Origin: Eledone cirrhosa
Taxonomy: Eukaryota
Assembly (NCBI GenBank): GCA_964016885.1
Contig: OZ024740.1
Span: forward strand, 292,950,001-293,014,000
Length of the DNA: 64,000 nt
Direction of reading: 5' to 3'
The notes under the pieces: model-generated
Databases searched by the model: none
The model's input: only the letters and a program-made list of their open reading frames with translations
Told to the model about the DNA's origin: nothing
Shown: positions 62,726 to 64,000 of the stretch, piece after piece
Layout of the letters: each line of letters starts with the position of its first letter
How positions within the stretch are numbered: the stretch's first letter is position 1
Made by a program: the position numbers and the translations under genes

Positions 62726-63647
62726 CTTTAAGGGTTACTTGAATTTTAACTTCTTATCTTCCTTCACGAGTCTCAATATTCATGAAGGTTTCAAGCAATC
62801 GCTCAATGGTTTACGAAAAAATAAAACAAAAGAAAAACACATTGTACCGGACACTACATTAAACAATCCACAGTCATACATCTATCGTAGTGAAATGAAG
62901 CAATTTATATCTTAAGTGTAATCAATGCCTTCCACGAAATTCATTTTGATATTTCAACTTTATAGAAGATCATTTTCTATTTATTGAAAATACAAAACGC
63001 ATGGTGGTCTTTCCTGGGGTCAAACTTGTATACAATACAATACCAGACGATAGAATAAGCCTGCGTCTGCTTCGACGATGATGGTTCCAGTTGTTTGATC
63101 AATGGAACAGCCTGCTTATGAAATTAATAAGCAAATGACAGATATATATAGCCTTAACGTAATTCTTAGCATGACAGAGAGTATTATAAGGCTGACTCTT
63201 TGAATTACATGCACAATCCATCTAACGGGCTTCTAAACTGTTTCCGCCTACCAATTTCAAATTTCACTAAAAAGGCATGAGTTGACCTGAGTCTTTGGTA
63301 AATTACACTTGCCAAGATACAACGTAATTGGATTAAACCCATGGCATAAAAATTGTGAAGCAAACTTCTTAATCATGCTACATCCACCGGAGTATAATAT
63401 ATTTTATAATGACATGTATCTACTCTAGAAATTTACGAACAGAAAGTAATTAGAACAAGAATTATATGTGCCAACGGTGGTCATTAGATTTGCTAAAAAT
63501 AACAGCCGAGTCAACCTAAATTGATCAATGTATTTCGAAATACGAAATTCTCGACAATCAATACACTCGGTCAGAGTTGAGCTGAAATGCACAACGACAA
63601 CAACGACAACACCAACAATAACAATAATAAACATTAAATCAACTTAC

Positions 63648-64000
63648 CAATTCCGATCTCTACTGGTGTACCGATTTTATTTTTGGTCCGGAAAAAATTT
63701 TTATCTGCTAGAAAAGCTATGCAGATAAGGATAGGAAATAAAGAAAAAGTGATCACAGCCTCCCAAACTTTCACGAGATCCTTAGAACTAGCAAGTAGAA
63801 CAATTGCTAGCCATACATAGGCAAACATATTAAAACAGCAAGTCACACCAAATACGTTGACACTTTTAATTTTGCGAATTTCTCCATTTGGAATTGAAAT
63901 CATACATATAGAAGTAATAACCAATAAATTGAAGGCAGCAGAGCCAACAATAGTTGCTGGTCCAAGTTTACCGGGTTCAAACTTGTTCCCTATAGTCTCA
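63648..64000 (-). CDS. Exon of a Na+/Ca2+ exchanger (SLC8/NCX family), alpha-1 repeat through TM5; runs off the window edge
   Basis: ETIGNKFEPGKLGPATIVGSAAFNLLVITSIC...FAYVWLAIVL...VKVWEAVITFSLFPILICIAFLADK; ends at the donor G|GTAAGT (intron starts at 63647). Confidence 0.92.

Overview
AT-rich, microsatellite-saturated animal DNA, most consistent with an octopus (coleoid cephalopod) genome; this is inferred from the repeat landscape and SINE type, not proven. The only host-gene sequence I can support is one minus-strand exon of a Na+/Ca2+ exchanger (SLC8/NCX family) at the right edge (63648-64000), so most of the window is probably one very large intron. Two systems stand out. (1) A ~14 kb head-to-tail stack of four L1/Tx1-type retrotransposons from three subfamilies, all inserted in one orientation into a (TATC)n/(GATA)n microsatellite. 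One copy has an intact 1145-aa ORF2 and a 22-23 bp target-site duplication that fixes the insertion order. (2) Many Penelope-like (PLE) relics and fold-back palindromes at (TA)n tracts that carry type I hammerhead ribozyme motifs. These include a 595-bp tandem, retrozyme-like array whose hammerhead has a compensated U3-A8 core. Also present: Helitrons, mariner and hAT relics, RTE and R4-like LINE fragments, Nin-domain tRNA SINEs and minisatellites. Most short ORFs in the supplied track are microsatellite or antisense artefacts.
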